Assembly (NCBI GenBank): GCA_964609895.1
Contig: CAZSTG010000004.1
Coordinates: 16,288 to 80,287, forward strand
Direction of reading: 5' to 3'
DNA: 64,000 nucleotides
From: an uncultured Gammaproteobacteria bacterium
GTDB lineage: Bacteria; Patescibacteriota; Microgenomatia; UBA10105; UBA927
Of this stretch, positions 10,176-18,934 are shown one piece after another. The position numbers and the translations under genes are program-made. Within the stretch, counting starts at the first letter, position 1, and every line of letters begins with the position of its first letter. The notes beneath the pieces were generated by a model that saw only the letters and a program-made list of their open reading frames with translations, searched no databases and was not told the origin of the DNA.

Positions 10176-10595
10176 ATGAACAACACGTATACTATACATA
10201 CAGACGGAGGAGCAAGAGGCAACCCAGGACCCGCTGCAATTGGCGTAGTTATTGAGAAAAACGGAACTTTGCTTGCCGAATTTGGCGAACCAATAGGGGA
10301 AACCACCAACAACGTTGCGGAATATACAGCTGTGCTCAAGGCCCTTCAGTATCTTCACGAGAAAAAGGAAACTACCGGAAACATTACATTTATTCTGGAT
10401 TCTCTTCTTGTCGTCAATCAGCTCATGGGCAAATTTAAAATCAAGGATGTAAAACTGCAAACGCTTGCATCACAGGTCGCATCTCTTGAACAACATTTTT
10501 GTGGAAAAGTTATCTACACAGCAGTCAGACGAGAACTGAACCGAAGGGCGGATTTTTTTGTAAATCAGGCACTTGACGCTTCAAGCAAACCATAA
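10176..10595 (+). CDS. rnhA: ribonuclease HI (RNase H-like)
   Basis: Start trimmed to MNNTYTIHTDGGARGNPGPAAIG. DEDD catalytic residues are present (TDGG, AEYTA, LDS, RRADF). Confidence 0.7.
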   Translation: MNNTYTIHTDGGARGNPGPAAIGVVIEKNGTLLAEFGEPIGETTNNVAEYTAVLKALQYLHEKKETTGNITFILDSLLVVNQLMGKFKIKDVKLQTLASQVASLEQHFCGKVIYTAVRRELNRRADFFVNQALDASSKP

Positions 10596-10753
10596 GTTTA
10601 TATCGCCAACTCACATCAAAACATCCAAAAAAATCGAACCTTCTCGTCACTCATGTCGAAGTACAAAAAAACGACACTGAGCGCACCATATAATCAGGTT
10701 GTTTTCGTATTTCCTTTTTGTCATAATACATCTGCTCCAACGCGCGAACTTCT

Positions 10754-13267
10754 ATGAAAACAGACAACAAAACAGAAATCCATAACGAAACAATCGCTTC
10801 ACCTGTGGTACGTATAGACGCGCTTGACGAAAACTTTATAGAACCGCTACGGGAATTTTTTGCGTTAAATGGTTGCGAGGTGTTTGTAAATTCATCCCCC
10901 AGTTCATACGCAACATATCACCTGATTGTCGGAGATCTCCAATTCGTGAAATATATTCTCGATAACCATAAAATTACCGGCCAGAAATCCATGAACATCA
11001 TATGGGATACAAACGAAAATGCAGTATTGGAATTCCATAGTCACCATTCCAAATTTGCACTGATCGATCCCAAACAAATAACATCTGAGGTTCTTGCTAA
11101 ACTGTGCAATTTCTTTTTTACCAGTTCGCAAAAAATTCTTGATCTGCAACAGAGTCCGAAACAAGGACAAACAAGACTAGAAGAAAAAACACAAACAACA
11201 GAAAAAACACCTAAACTACGTGAGCAAGAAAAAACAGTCGCACCCAATATGGAGCGCGATACACAACGGATCGCACACACCATAGCACAGACGTTCTCAC
11301 CGCAGGGGAAAAAAGAAAAACCGATATCAAAAACTCCCGTCGCCCTGAAAGGGAAAAAACGGAAAGTCACCGGCATAGTACTAGGGACACTGGCATGCAC
11401 ATGTATGCTTCCTCTATGTCTCTATGCACTTTCTGTTATCGCAATGCTCATCATCATATACCGGCAATCCGTGTGTATCACCAAACCAAACCTTCCGTGT
11501 ATCAGGGAACCAAGTCGCTCTATTCAATCATGGTCCACACATGCACGAAGGATGCTTCCGTATGCAAGAATACCGTTTCATCTGATCCATCAGGATACTA
11601 TCATCAATGATGACAGCATAACCACACTGGAAAAAATATCGGCGACTCTTGCTTCAGCAGGAGACATTGAAGTGTTGGCGACAGATTTCAGCAGGTCGTT
11701 CTTCACCACTGATCTCTCAAAAGCAGACGCAACAACAACAGTCGTGCAGGTCGAAAAATTAAAGACGCAGTTTTTTTCTCTTCATACCAACTTGGATATG
11801 TCCTACCGTCTGATGGAACATAGTATGGAAAATCCAACTTTTCCATTATCAATTCCGTACGTGAAACACAAAATAGAAAAGGGGATAGAGATGCTTCAGG
11901 TTATCCGAACAAGACTGCAGACTGCCGAACGGCTCCTCTTACTGTACCCGTACATCGCAGGTTTTAAAGAGCCCCTGCACCTACTGGTTCTTTTTCAAAA
12001 CAGTACGGAACTTCGGCCAACAGGAGGATTTATTGGATCGCTTATGGAGGTGTCCATAGAAGACGGCGTTGTCAGTTCTATGGAAGTTCAGGACGTCTAC
12101 ACCGTCGACGGACAGCTGCGCGGACATGTCGATCCGCCAACGCCTATCCGTGACCTTCTGTCTCAGGAGCATTGGTATCTGCGCGACAGCAATTGGGATC
12201 CGAATTTTGAGGAATCTGCAAAACGAGCCATGTGGTTTTATGAAAAGGAATCAGGAAAAACCGTACAGGGAGTCATTGCAATCAATTCATCGCTGATTAT
12301 TCAAATTCTTCACATGCTTGGATCAATTCAAATGCCTGACACAAATGACGTCATTACAGCGGACAACTTCTACGAAAAATCCATTTCCTATACACAAACA
12401 GATTTCTTTCCGGGATCAACACAAAAAAAGGATTTTCTCGGCAGCCTCGTCAAAACCGTTATGGCTTCTTTCTTGGGAAACAAAAAAATATCAGGCATGC
12501 AAGCATTTGGCATTATTGATGAAGCGTTGCGAAACCGCACTATTCAGATGTATTTTGTTCATCCGGAAGCGCAGCAACTGTCCAAACAGTTTGCTTGGGC
12601 GGGCAGTATCCCCAGCAAGACATACTGCAAAGACGAAACCATCCGGTGCATATTTGACTACAACACCATTATTGAATCCAATCTTGGCGTAAACAAGGCA
12701 AACTACTACATCCGGCGTGAAGACACACGAGATATTACCGTTGATGCCGAAGGAAAACTGACGGAAACCATAACAAGAACAATACACAACACATCAGATA
12801 ATCAGGCGGGGAGCGGGATATACAAAAACTATATGCGCTTCTATGTTCCTGTTCAGGCTCATATCACAAGTTTTACGATTGACAACGTCTCTGTGCCCGC
12901 AAAACCAACAGGGAAAAAAGCGCTCATCCTCCCGTATGGCGAACTAGATACGACACCTACTGGTTTCTCTGTCGTTGCGGTTGCATCTGCTCTTGCTCCA
13001 TCTCACAGTACAACAGTGTCCATGCAATACGAATATACAACAAAGGAAACGGATGTCTCAAAACAACTTAACCTATATATCTATGGACAAAAACAATCAG
13101 GAATTGATCTGGTGCCGACAATTGTCCGTGTGCGGTATCCCGCCGTCTGGAAACTGCAGAATATGGGTGAATCTGCAGGCGTCACTCTTGCAAACGAAGG
13201 GTATCTCGAGTACAATAGCACGATGTCGGCAGACTCCGACATACACATACGTTTTATAAAGGAATAA
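10754..13267 (+). CDS. large membrane-anchored hypothetical protein (DUF4012-like extracytoplasmic domain)
   Basis: 837 aa: an N-terminal cytosolic region of about 230 aa, one TM (GIVLGTLACTCMLPLCLYALSVIAMLIII), then a large domain carrying the motif ELRPTGGFIGS that I recall from DUF4012. Confidence 0.5.
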   Translation: MKTDNKTEIHNETIASPVVRIDALDENFIEPLREFFALNGCEVFVNSSPSSYATYHLIVGDLQFVKYILDNHKITGQKSMNIIWDTNENAVLEFHSHHSKFALIDPKQITSEVLAKLCNFFFTSSQKILDLQQSPKQGQTRLEEKTQTTEKTPKLREQEKTVAPNMERDTQRIAHTIAQTFSPQGKKEKPISKTPVALKGKKRKVTGIVLGTLACTCMLPLCLYALSVIAMLIIIYRQSVCITKPNLPCIREPSRSIQSWSTHARRMLPYARIPFHLIHQDTIINDDSITTLEKISATLASAGDIEVLATDFSRSFFTTDLSKADATTTVVQVEKLKTQFFSLHTNLDMSYRLMEHSMENPTFPLSIPYVKHKIEKGIEMLQVIRTRLQTAERLLLLYPYIAGFKEPLHLLVLFQNSTELRPTGGFIGSLMEVSIEDGVVSSMEVQDVYTVDGQLRGHVDPPTPIRDLLSQEHWYLRDSNWDPNFEESAKRAMWFYEKESGKTVQGVIAINSSLIIQILHMLGSIQMPDTNDVITADNFYEKSISYTQTDFFPGSTQKKDFLGSLVKTVMASFLGNKKISGMQAFGIIDEALRNRTIQMYFVHPEAQQLSKQFAWAGSIPSKTYCKDETIRCIFDYNTIIESNLGVNKANYYIRREDTRDITVDAEGKLTETITRTIHNTSDNQAGSGIYKNYMRFYVPVQAHITSFTIDNVSVPAKPTGKKALILPYGELDTTPTGFSVVAVASALAPSHSTTVSMQYEYTTKETDVSKQLNLYIYGQKQSGIDLVPTIVRVRYPAVWKLQNMGESAGVTLANEGYLEYNSTMSADSDIHIRFIKE

Positions 13268-13271
13268 CACT

Positions 13272-13940
13272 ATGAGTTCACATAAACTCCAAGGAGAAAT
13301 CAGAACAATAACAGGAAAAAAGGTTAGGACAGTCCGTGCTGACGGGTATACGCCTGCGACTGTATATGGAAAAGGTGTTGAGGCACAAACAATCAGCATT
13401 CTCACAGGTGAATTAAAAAAAGTATATCGTGAAGCAGGGGAAACAGGGCTTATTGAACTGGAGATCAGCGGGAAAAAACATCCTGTCTTAATCCACACCG
13501 TACAAATACATCCCATCACAGGTGTCATGCTGCATGTTGAATTCCATGAAGTGAATTTGAAGGAAAAAGTGCATGCGGAAGTCCCAATTGAGCTTATTGG
13601 AGAACCTACGGCAATCAAGGAAAAAGTCGGAGTACTAATGCCGCTCATGGATCACGTGGAGGTAGAAGCACTTCCAGCCGAACTGCCTGAAAAAATCGAA
13701 ATAGATATTACAGCTCTTGCTGCGGTCAATGATCAGATTATGGTCGGAGAATTGACTGTTCCTGCAGGTGTTGCGGTATTGACAGATCCAACGCTTATCG
13801 TGGTAAAAATCGGAGCATTCGTGGTCGAAAAAGAACCGGAACCGGTAGCAGCCGAAACGCCTGCAGAAGGGGAAGCTGTGCCGGTGGAAGAAGGGGAAAA
13901 CAACGGAGAAAAACCAATGGAAGAGACCAAGGAAGAATAA
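13272..13940 (+). CDS. rplY: 50S ribosomal protein L25 / general stress protein Ctc
   Basis: 222 aa. N-terminal L25 fold sequence with an acidic C-terminal tail. Confidence 0.8.
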   Translation: MSSHKLQGEIRTITGKKVRTVRADGYTPATVYGKGVEAQTISILTGELKKVYREAGETGLIELEISGKKHPVLIHTVQIHPITGVMLHVEFHEVNLKEKVHAEVPIELIGEPTAIKEKVGVLMPLMDHVEVEALPAELPEKIEIDITALAAVNDQIMVGELTVPAGVAVLTDPTLIVVKIGAFVVEKEPEPVAAETPAEGEAVPVEEGENNGEKPMEETKEE

Positions 13941-13943
13941 CTC

Positions 13944-14546
13944 CTACAGTAACACTCCGAGTTGTGCCGCAAACTCCTTGACCGCTGCGTTGTTTGGATC
14001 CAGAGCATACGCCGCATTGATGTACGTCATTGCCGCGTCCTGTTTGTCCAAACGAAAACAAATGGCTGCAAGTGTCATATATGCATCCCGATAATCCGGA
14101 TGCTGTTCCACAACCGTCTTCCAAAACGCATAGGAACGGAGAATATAAGTCCGATCTTGTTCCCATCGGTTCAACATATCCTTTGGCTCTGACTGCACGC
14201 CAAGCACGCGTGGAACGAGTAGGGAAAAGGGCAAAGGAAATGTCCCAACCTGATCAGCCAACTGCAATTCTTTTGTGGCATCCGAAGTGTTTCCCAGTGT
14301 ATACAACCGCTGCCCGAATCGCATATGGTTGGCACTCGAAAAAGGGGAAATAATGAGATCCAGACGCTCTGTAATCAATGGATTGGGATGTACATGGATC
14401 ATCCAGACATTGAGCGCTATAAACGCCAGAAATGAGGCTAACGCGACGAAGCGGAATTGAGACAATTCAGGCAATGCGGAGAATATTCGGGAAATATGCG
14501 GTAATAACTGCTTTTGCACCCATGGTAAAATACGTATACGCAACAT
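13944..14546 (-). CDS. tetratricopeptide-repeat-like hypothetical protein
   Basis: 200 aa. The C-terminal half shows TPR-like A/L/Y periodicity (AAMTYINAAYALDPNNAAVKEF). Confidence 0.4.
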   Translation of the reverse strand: MLRIRILPWVQKQLLPHISRIFSALPELSQFRFVALASFLAFIALNVWMIHVHPNPLITERLDLIISPFSSANHMRFGQRLYTLGNTSDATKELQLADQVGTFPLPFSLLVPRVLGVQSEPKDMLNRWEQDRTYILRSYAFWKTVVEQHPDYRDAYMTLAAICFRLDKQDAAMTYINAAYALDPNNAAVKEFAAQLGVLL

Positions 14547-14584
14547 TAATGTTTATTGTATTGATGAGAGCGTTATAACGCAAT

Positions 14585-15289
14585 ATGACAGATTCTTTAC
14601 GCAGACAAACTGTTATAACACTTCTTGAAAAAACGTATCCAGACGCACACATCATGCTGTCATATCACTCTTCATGGGAGCTTCTTGTTGCTGTTATGCT
14701 CTCGGCGCAATGCACTGACAAAATGGTAAATACAGTCACTCCCACGTTATTTTCCATATATCCAACTGTACAAGCTATGGCATCTGCACCGATACAACAC
14801 GTAGAAATGCTCATCAAAAAAACAGGATTTTACAAAAACAAAGCAAAAAATATTGTCGAAACAGCAAAGCGCATCACGTCTGTATATAACGGAGAAGTGC
14901 CACACACAATGGATGAACTACTTACACTCAAAGGGGTAGCAAGAAAAACAGCAAATGTAGTGCTTACAAATGCCTTTGGCGTAGCAGAGGGCATCGCTGT
15001 TGACACACACGTCATCCGCTTAAGCCAACGACTTCGCCTCGTATCGCTACCCGCAATCGGAGGCAAAACATATACATATGTAGATTCAGATCATAAAACA
15101 ATTGATTTTATGAAGGATGCCGTACCAGAAAAAATTGAAAAAGAATTACAACAAGTACTGCCAAAAGAAAAATGGAATACAATCACGTATGAGCTTATCG
15201 ATCATGGCAGAGGAGTGTGTAAAGCGATCCGACCGCTGTGTCATTCCTGTGTGCTTGCACCATATTGTCCTTCAAAACGAACGATATAA
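14585..15289 (+). CDS. nth: endonuclease III (DNA glycosylase/AP lyase)
   Basis: 234 aa. HhH-GPD motif LTLKGVARKTANVVL. C-terminal 4Fe-4S cysteines C-x6-C-x2-C-x5-C. Confidence 0.85.
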   Translation: MTDSLRRQTVITLLEKTYPDAHIMLSYHSSWELLVAVMLSAQCTDKMVNTVTPTLFSIYPTVQAMASAPIQHVEMLIKKTGFYKNKAKNIVETAKRITSVYNGEVPHTMDELLTLKGVARKTANVVLTNAFGVAEGIAVDTHVIRLSQRLRLVSLPAIGGKTYTYVDSDHKTIDFMKDAVPEKIEKELQQVLPKEKWNTITYELIDHGRGVCKAIRPLCHSCVLAPYCPSKRTI

Positions 15290-15361
15290 CTTCTCCATTT
15301 TCTTGTTTCACCAAACCAAACATGATAGGATAATAGGCGTACCAAGCACATTCTGTCCAAT

Positions 15362-16072
15362 ATGTATAAAAAGGAGCACGTTATGGCAACAAAAAAAGCG
15401 AAAACAGCAAAAAAATCTGCAGCAAAAAGTGAAAAACTAGTTGTGTCTATACCGAAGGAATTATCTTCCACAACTCCGTATTCAAATTGGAGACCTGCTG
15501 GAATCTCCAAAACCGGAACTATTGCCATTTTTCTTGGCATCATTATTTTGGGACTTCTTGCAGTAAACCGCGGGCTTGTGATTGCTGCTGTAGTCAACAA
15601 TAAGCCAATTTTTCGGACGTCAGTAAATAATGCGCTCATGGCTCGATATGGCACGCAGACACTAGAAAACATGATTACGGAACAACTCATTAGTGACGAA
15701 GCAGCCAAACAAAAAGTGACTGTCACAAAAGAGGAAATTGAAGCAAAAGAACAAGAAATCCTCGCAAGTTTTGGTGGAAATGTCACGCTTGAAGAGGTAT
15801 TAAGTTATCAAGGAATGACAAAAGAAGATTTTGATCAACAAATCAAACTGCAGATGCAGCTTACCAAAATTATCGGCAAAGACATCACCATCACAGACGA
15901 AGAAGTCACAACGTATATTGCAGATAACCCGTCAACCTTAGTTGCCACAGATTCTGACGGCATGAGAAAAGAAGCGCGGGAAGCAATTCTCACACAAAAA
16001 GTGAGCGAACAGCTACAAACATGGTACCAATCGGTAAAAGAGAAGGCAAAAATATACCGACTGATGAAATAA
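15362..16072 (+). CDS. membrane-anchored SurA-N-terminal-domain-like chaperone-type hypothetical protein
   Basis: 236 aa. Lys-rich N-terminus, one TM, then a helical domain without a PPIase domain. An alternative ATG lies at 15383. Confidence 0.4.
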   Translation: MYKKEHVMATKKAKTAKKSAAKSEKLVVSIPKELSSTTPYSNWRPAGISKTGTIAIFLGIIILGLLAVNRGLVIAAVVNNKPIFRTSVNNALMARYGTQTLENMITEQLISDEAAKQKVTVTKEEIEAKEQEILASFGGNVTLEEVLSYQGMTKEDFDQQIKLQMQLTKIIGKDITITDEEVTTYIADNPSTLVATDSDGMRKEAREAILTQKVSEQLQTWYQSVKEKAKIYRLMK

Positions 16073-16081
16073 GGAGGAACT

Positions 16082-16351
16082 ATGCATTGGTTCAATGGAG
16101 ATACAGTACAGATGCTTCCGTGGATGAGTATCGGATTCATTCCTACCATGCTTTGGAGTCTTGGATGGAAAGGACTCGCGTTGTGGCACGCGGCAAAACG
16201 AAATGAAAAATGGTGGTTTATCGGAATGTTGGTTATAAACACAGTAGGAATTCTGGAAATCTGCTATCTTTTGTTTGCCGTAAAACTGTTTGCGGGGACA
16301 GATACAAAGACGGTGATGAAAAAACCAACGCAAAAAAAGCGTTCTTCATGA
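16082..16351 (+). CDS. small hypothetical membrane protein
   Basis: 89 aa with two hydrophobic helices. ATGA overlap with epmA. Confidence 0.4.
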   Translation: MHWFNGDTVQMLPWMSIGFIPTMLWSLGWKGLALWHAAKRNEKWWFIGMLVINTVGILEICYLLFAVKLFAGTDTKTVMKKPTQKKRSS

Positions 16352-17385
16352 AAACGTGGCAGGCCTTACGGCAACATCCGGAGCTTTGGAATCGCTATTT
16401 CGTTCGGGAACATGTTATCCGCGCGGTGCGGGCATTCTTTCAGACAGAACAATTTCATGAGGTGGAAACCCCGTTGCTTCTGAATGCTCCTGCTGCAGAA
16501 AGCTACTTGGACGTTTTTGAGACAACGCTTCTTGATCGAGATAGAAAAAAAACAACGGCATATTTATCAACCTCTCCCGAACTTGCACTCAAAAAACTGA
16601 TTGTTGCAGGTATCGGAAACTGTTACAGCATCACCAAAAGTTTCCGGAATATGGAGACAGACAGTCACACACATAATCCGGAATTCACCATCCTCGAATG
16701 GTACAGAATTGGAGCAACATATACATCGATCATGGATGACTGTCAAAAATTGCTCCTTGCAATCAATACGTCCCTTGGAAGGGGAAACACCATTACCTAT
16801 CAAGGAATCACGTTTCATATAAGAGAACCGTGGGAAAAAATAACAGTCAAAGAGGCATTTGCTAAATGGGCAGCTGTCAATTTTGACGAGTTCTTGGATG
16901 ATAAAACGGCGAGGCTAATCGCACAAAAAAAGGGGTACACCGTAGAGGACAGAAATACATGGGAAGAACTCTATGATCAGATATTTTTAAATGAAGTGGA
17001 ACCGCATCTTGGGAAAGAAAGACCGACGATCATATATGAATTTCCGGGAAATCTTGCGGCGCTGTCGAAGAAAAAACAGGATGACCCGCGGTATGCCCAA
17101 CGGTTTGAACTGTATATTGGAGGCTTGGAACTGGGAGACTGCTACACAGAGCTGACTAATTGGAAAGAACAACAGGATCGGTTTGAGTTCGAACTTACAG
17201 AAATTGAGAGACTCGGAAAAACCAAATATGACTATGACCATGATTTCATCGAGGCACTCAAAATGGGCATGCCGGACACAAGCGGCATTGCCGTCGGCCT
17301 TGACCGACTGGTCATGTTGTACGCAGACACCACACATATTGCCGATACACTCTTTTTCCCGAGTGTTGAATTGTTTGAAAAATAA
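16348..17385 (+). CDS. epmA: elongation factor P--(R)-beta-lysine ligase (LysRS paralog lacking anticodon-binding domain)
   Basis: Class II aaRS motif 2 FRNMETDSHTHNPEFTILEWY and motif 3 GIAVGLDRLVML. About 345 aa with no OB-fold N-domain. Sits directly upstream of efp. Start taken at the internal ATG at 16348; the track ORF starts at 16210. Confidence 0.7.
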   Translation: MKTWQALRQHPELWNRYFVREHVIRAVRAFFQTEQFHEVETPLLLNAPAAESYLDVFETTLLDRDRKKTTAYLSTSPELALKKLIVAGIGNCYSITKSFRNMETDSHTHNPEFTILEWYRIGATYTSIMDDCQKLLLAINTSLGRGNTITYQGITFHIREPWEKITVKEAFAKWAAVNFDEFLDDKTARLIAQKKGYTVEDRNTWEELYDQIFLNEVEPHLGKERPTIIYEFPGNLAALSKKKQDDPRYAQRFELYIGGLELGDCYTELTNWKEQQDRFEFELTEIERLGKTKYDYDHDFIEALKMGMPDTSGIAVGLDRLVMLYADTTHIADTLFFPSVELFEK

Positions 17386-17410
17386 GCCTATTCGTGGGAT
17401 AATAGCTTCC

Positions 17411-17974
17411 ATGTCATCCATAACCACATCTGATTTCAAAAATGGAATTTTCATTACCTTTAAGGATCAGCCGCACCAAATTGTGGAATTCCAGCGCGTC
17501 AATCCAGGCAAAGGTTCAGCATTTGTCAGAACCAAACTGAAATCACTTACCACAGGAAAAGTGCAGGAGTTCACCTATAAGTCAGGAGAATCTGTAGAAG
17601 AACTTCCAGTCGAGACGCAGGAGATGCAATATTTATATCCCGAAGGGGACGACTACGTATTCATGAATAACCAGACATTTGATCAGGTAACAGTCAAAGG
17701 AACACTTATCGGTGATTTCATCAAATTCCTGAAACCAAACGACACATATCAGATTCTTGTTCATGAAGAAGAGGCTGTTGGCATCCGACTTCCGAAAAAA
17801 GTCAGACTGATCGTCACTGAGGCAACTGAAGGAGCAAAAGGAAATACCATGTCAGGGGCAACCAAAACAGTGACTGTCGAAACGGGCGCCATTGTTACAG
17901 TTCCTCTTTTTATCAAAGAAGGCGAACTCATTGCTATCGATCCTGAAACAGGAAGCTACGTCGAACGGGCATAA
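17411..17974 (+). CDS. efp: elongation factor P
   Basis: 188 aa, MSSITTSDFKNGIFITFKDQPHQIVEFQRVNPGKGSAFVRTKLK. Conserved PGKG loop lysine. The track ORF starts upstream at 17183. Confidence 0.85.
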   Translation: MSSITTSDFKNGIFITFKDQPHQIVEFQRVNPGKGSAFVRTKLKSLTTGKVQEFTYKSGESVEELPVETQEMQYLYPEGDDYVFMNNQTFDQVTVKGTLIGDFIKFLKPNDTYQILVHEEEAVGIRLPKKVRLIVTEATEGAKGNTMSGATKTVTVETGAIVTVPLFIKEGELIAIDPETGSYVERA

Positions 17975-18031
17975 ATGACTCTCTTCTTATAATTGACACT
18001 GTTTCCAACTCGTGAAACAATAACAAATACT

Positions 18032-18928
18032 ATGGATGACGAATCAACTTCTTTTGATCCAAAAACCCCGCAGCCGAATATCCAGTATGAAGAAACGCCG
18101 GTCATTACTCCTGTCGAAGAACAGACTCTGCAACCTGAAACGGCTGCTCCTCCTGTTGAAGAGCCAGCATTTCAAGAACAACAGACGGAAATGCCGGCTG
18201 CGCCCCCGAAAAAACGTTCGCCTAAAGCTGTTATCAAGGGTATTTTCATTTTTCTTATTCTGTTTATCGTAGGGTACGCGTTAAGCGGCGTTATACGGAC
18301 CATCATCACGCAAACGGGCACATCAGTTGCCACAAAAACAGCCCCAGAACCAACAAGCGCTCCGGTTGAAGTATTACCCACAACAACGGCTGCCACAGAA
18401 AGTGGTTTGACAGTCCTTCCTATACCAAAAATTTCCACGACGCCGACGTTGACTGCTTCCTCAAGTGCTTGGAAGCAATACAACCCGGTTCACGGGGCAT
18501 CACGCTCTCCCATTACATCTATCCGGTTCAGTCTTCCGACAACAATCCTCGCACCTGTCTGTGACGGATCATCCTGTGGATCTCAAGGAACATATTTGCC
18601 AGGCGGCACCCGACTTACTATAGCACCGCGGGGGGTAGGGGAAGTGCTTGCTGATTATCGAGGAAAAATCATCAGTGATGCCTCAGGGAAAGCTCTTATT
18701 ACCAAAGAAACAACCATTGGCGGCAAGAAAGCAACGGAATACACAACAGATACCACAGGGTCGACAGTCGGAGGATATGGGTTTACTATGATGCATGGGT
18801 ATATGGTGGAGGTCACAGACACACTTTCATTTGAAATTAATCATTTTTCACCAAACGGCATAACCACAGATTTTGCAGCAGACGACGTGCTTTTCAAATC
18901 GATTATAGGAACGATTCAATTCAACTAA
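18032..18928 (+). CDS. hypothetical single-pass membrane protein with Pro/Thr-rich linker and extracytoplasmic domain
   Basis: TM segment IFIFLILFIVGYAL, followed by a low-complexity T/P/A stretch. Confidence 0.45.
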   Translation: MDDESTSFDPKTPQPNIQYEETPVITPVEEQTLQPETAAPPVEEPAFQEQQTEMPAAPPKKRSPKAVIKGIFIFLILFIVGYALSGVIRTIITQTGTSVATKTAPEPTSAPVEVLPTTTAATESGLTVLPIPKISTTPTLTASSSAWKQYNPVHGASRSPITSIRFSLPTTILAPVCDGSSCGSQGTYLPGGTRLTIAPRGVGEVLADYRGKIISDASGKALITKETTIGGKKATEYTTDTTGSTVGGYGFTMMHGYMVEVTDTLSFEINHFSPNGITTDFAADDVLFKSIIGTIQFN

Positions 18929-18934
18929 CCAAAG

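Noticed and set aside
13097-13648. 183-aa minus-strand ORF, and many similar long ORFs antisense to real genes (for example 4094..4450, 6662..7048, 35034..35366, 52770..53186, 53910..54554, 60441..61214)
   Set aside because: They lie entirely inside, and antisense to, well-supported genes (rplY, nnr, yidC, ftsH, dnaA, dnaN, the PrgI-like fusion). Their products are low-complexity. I treat them as shadow ORFs.
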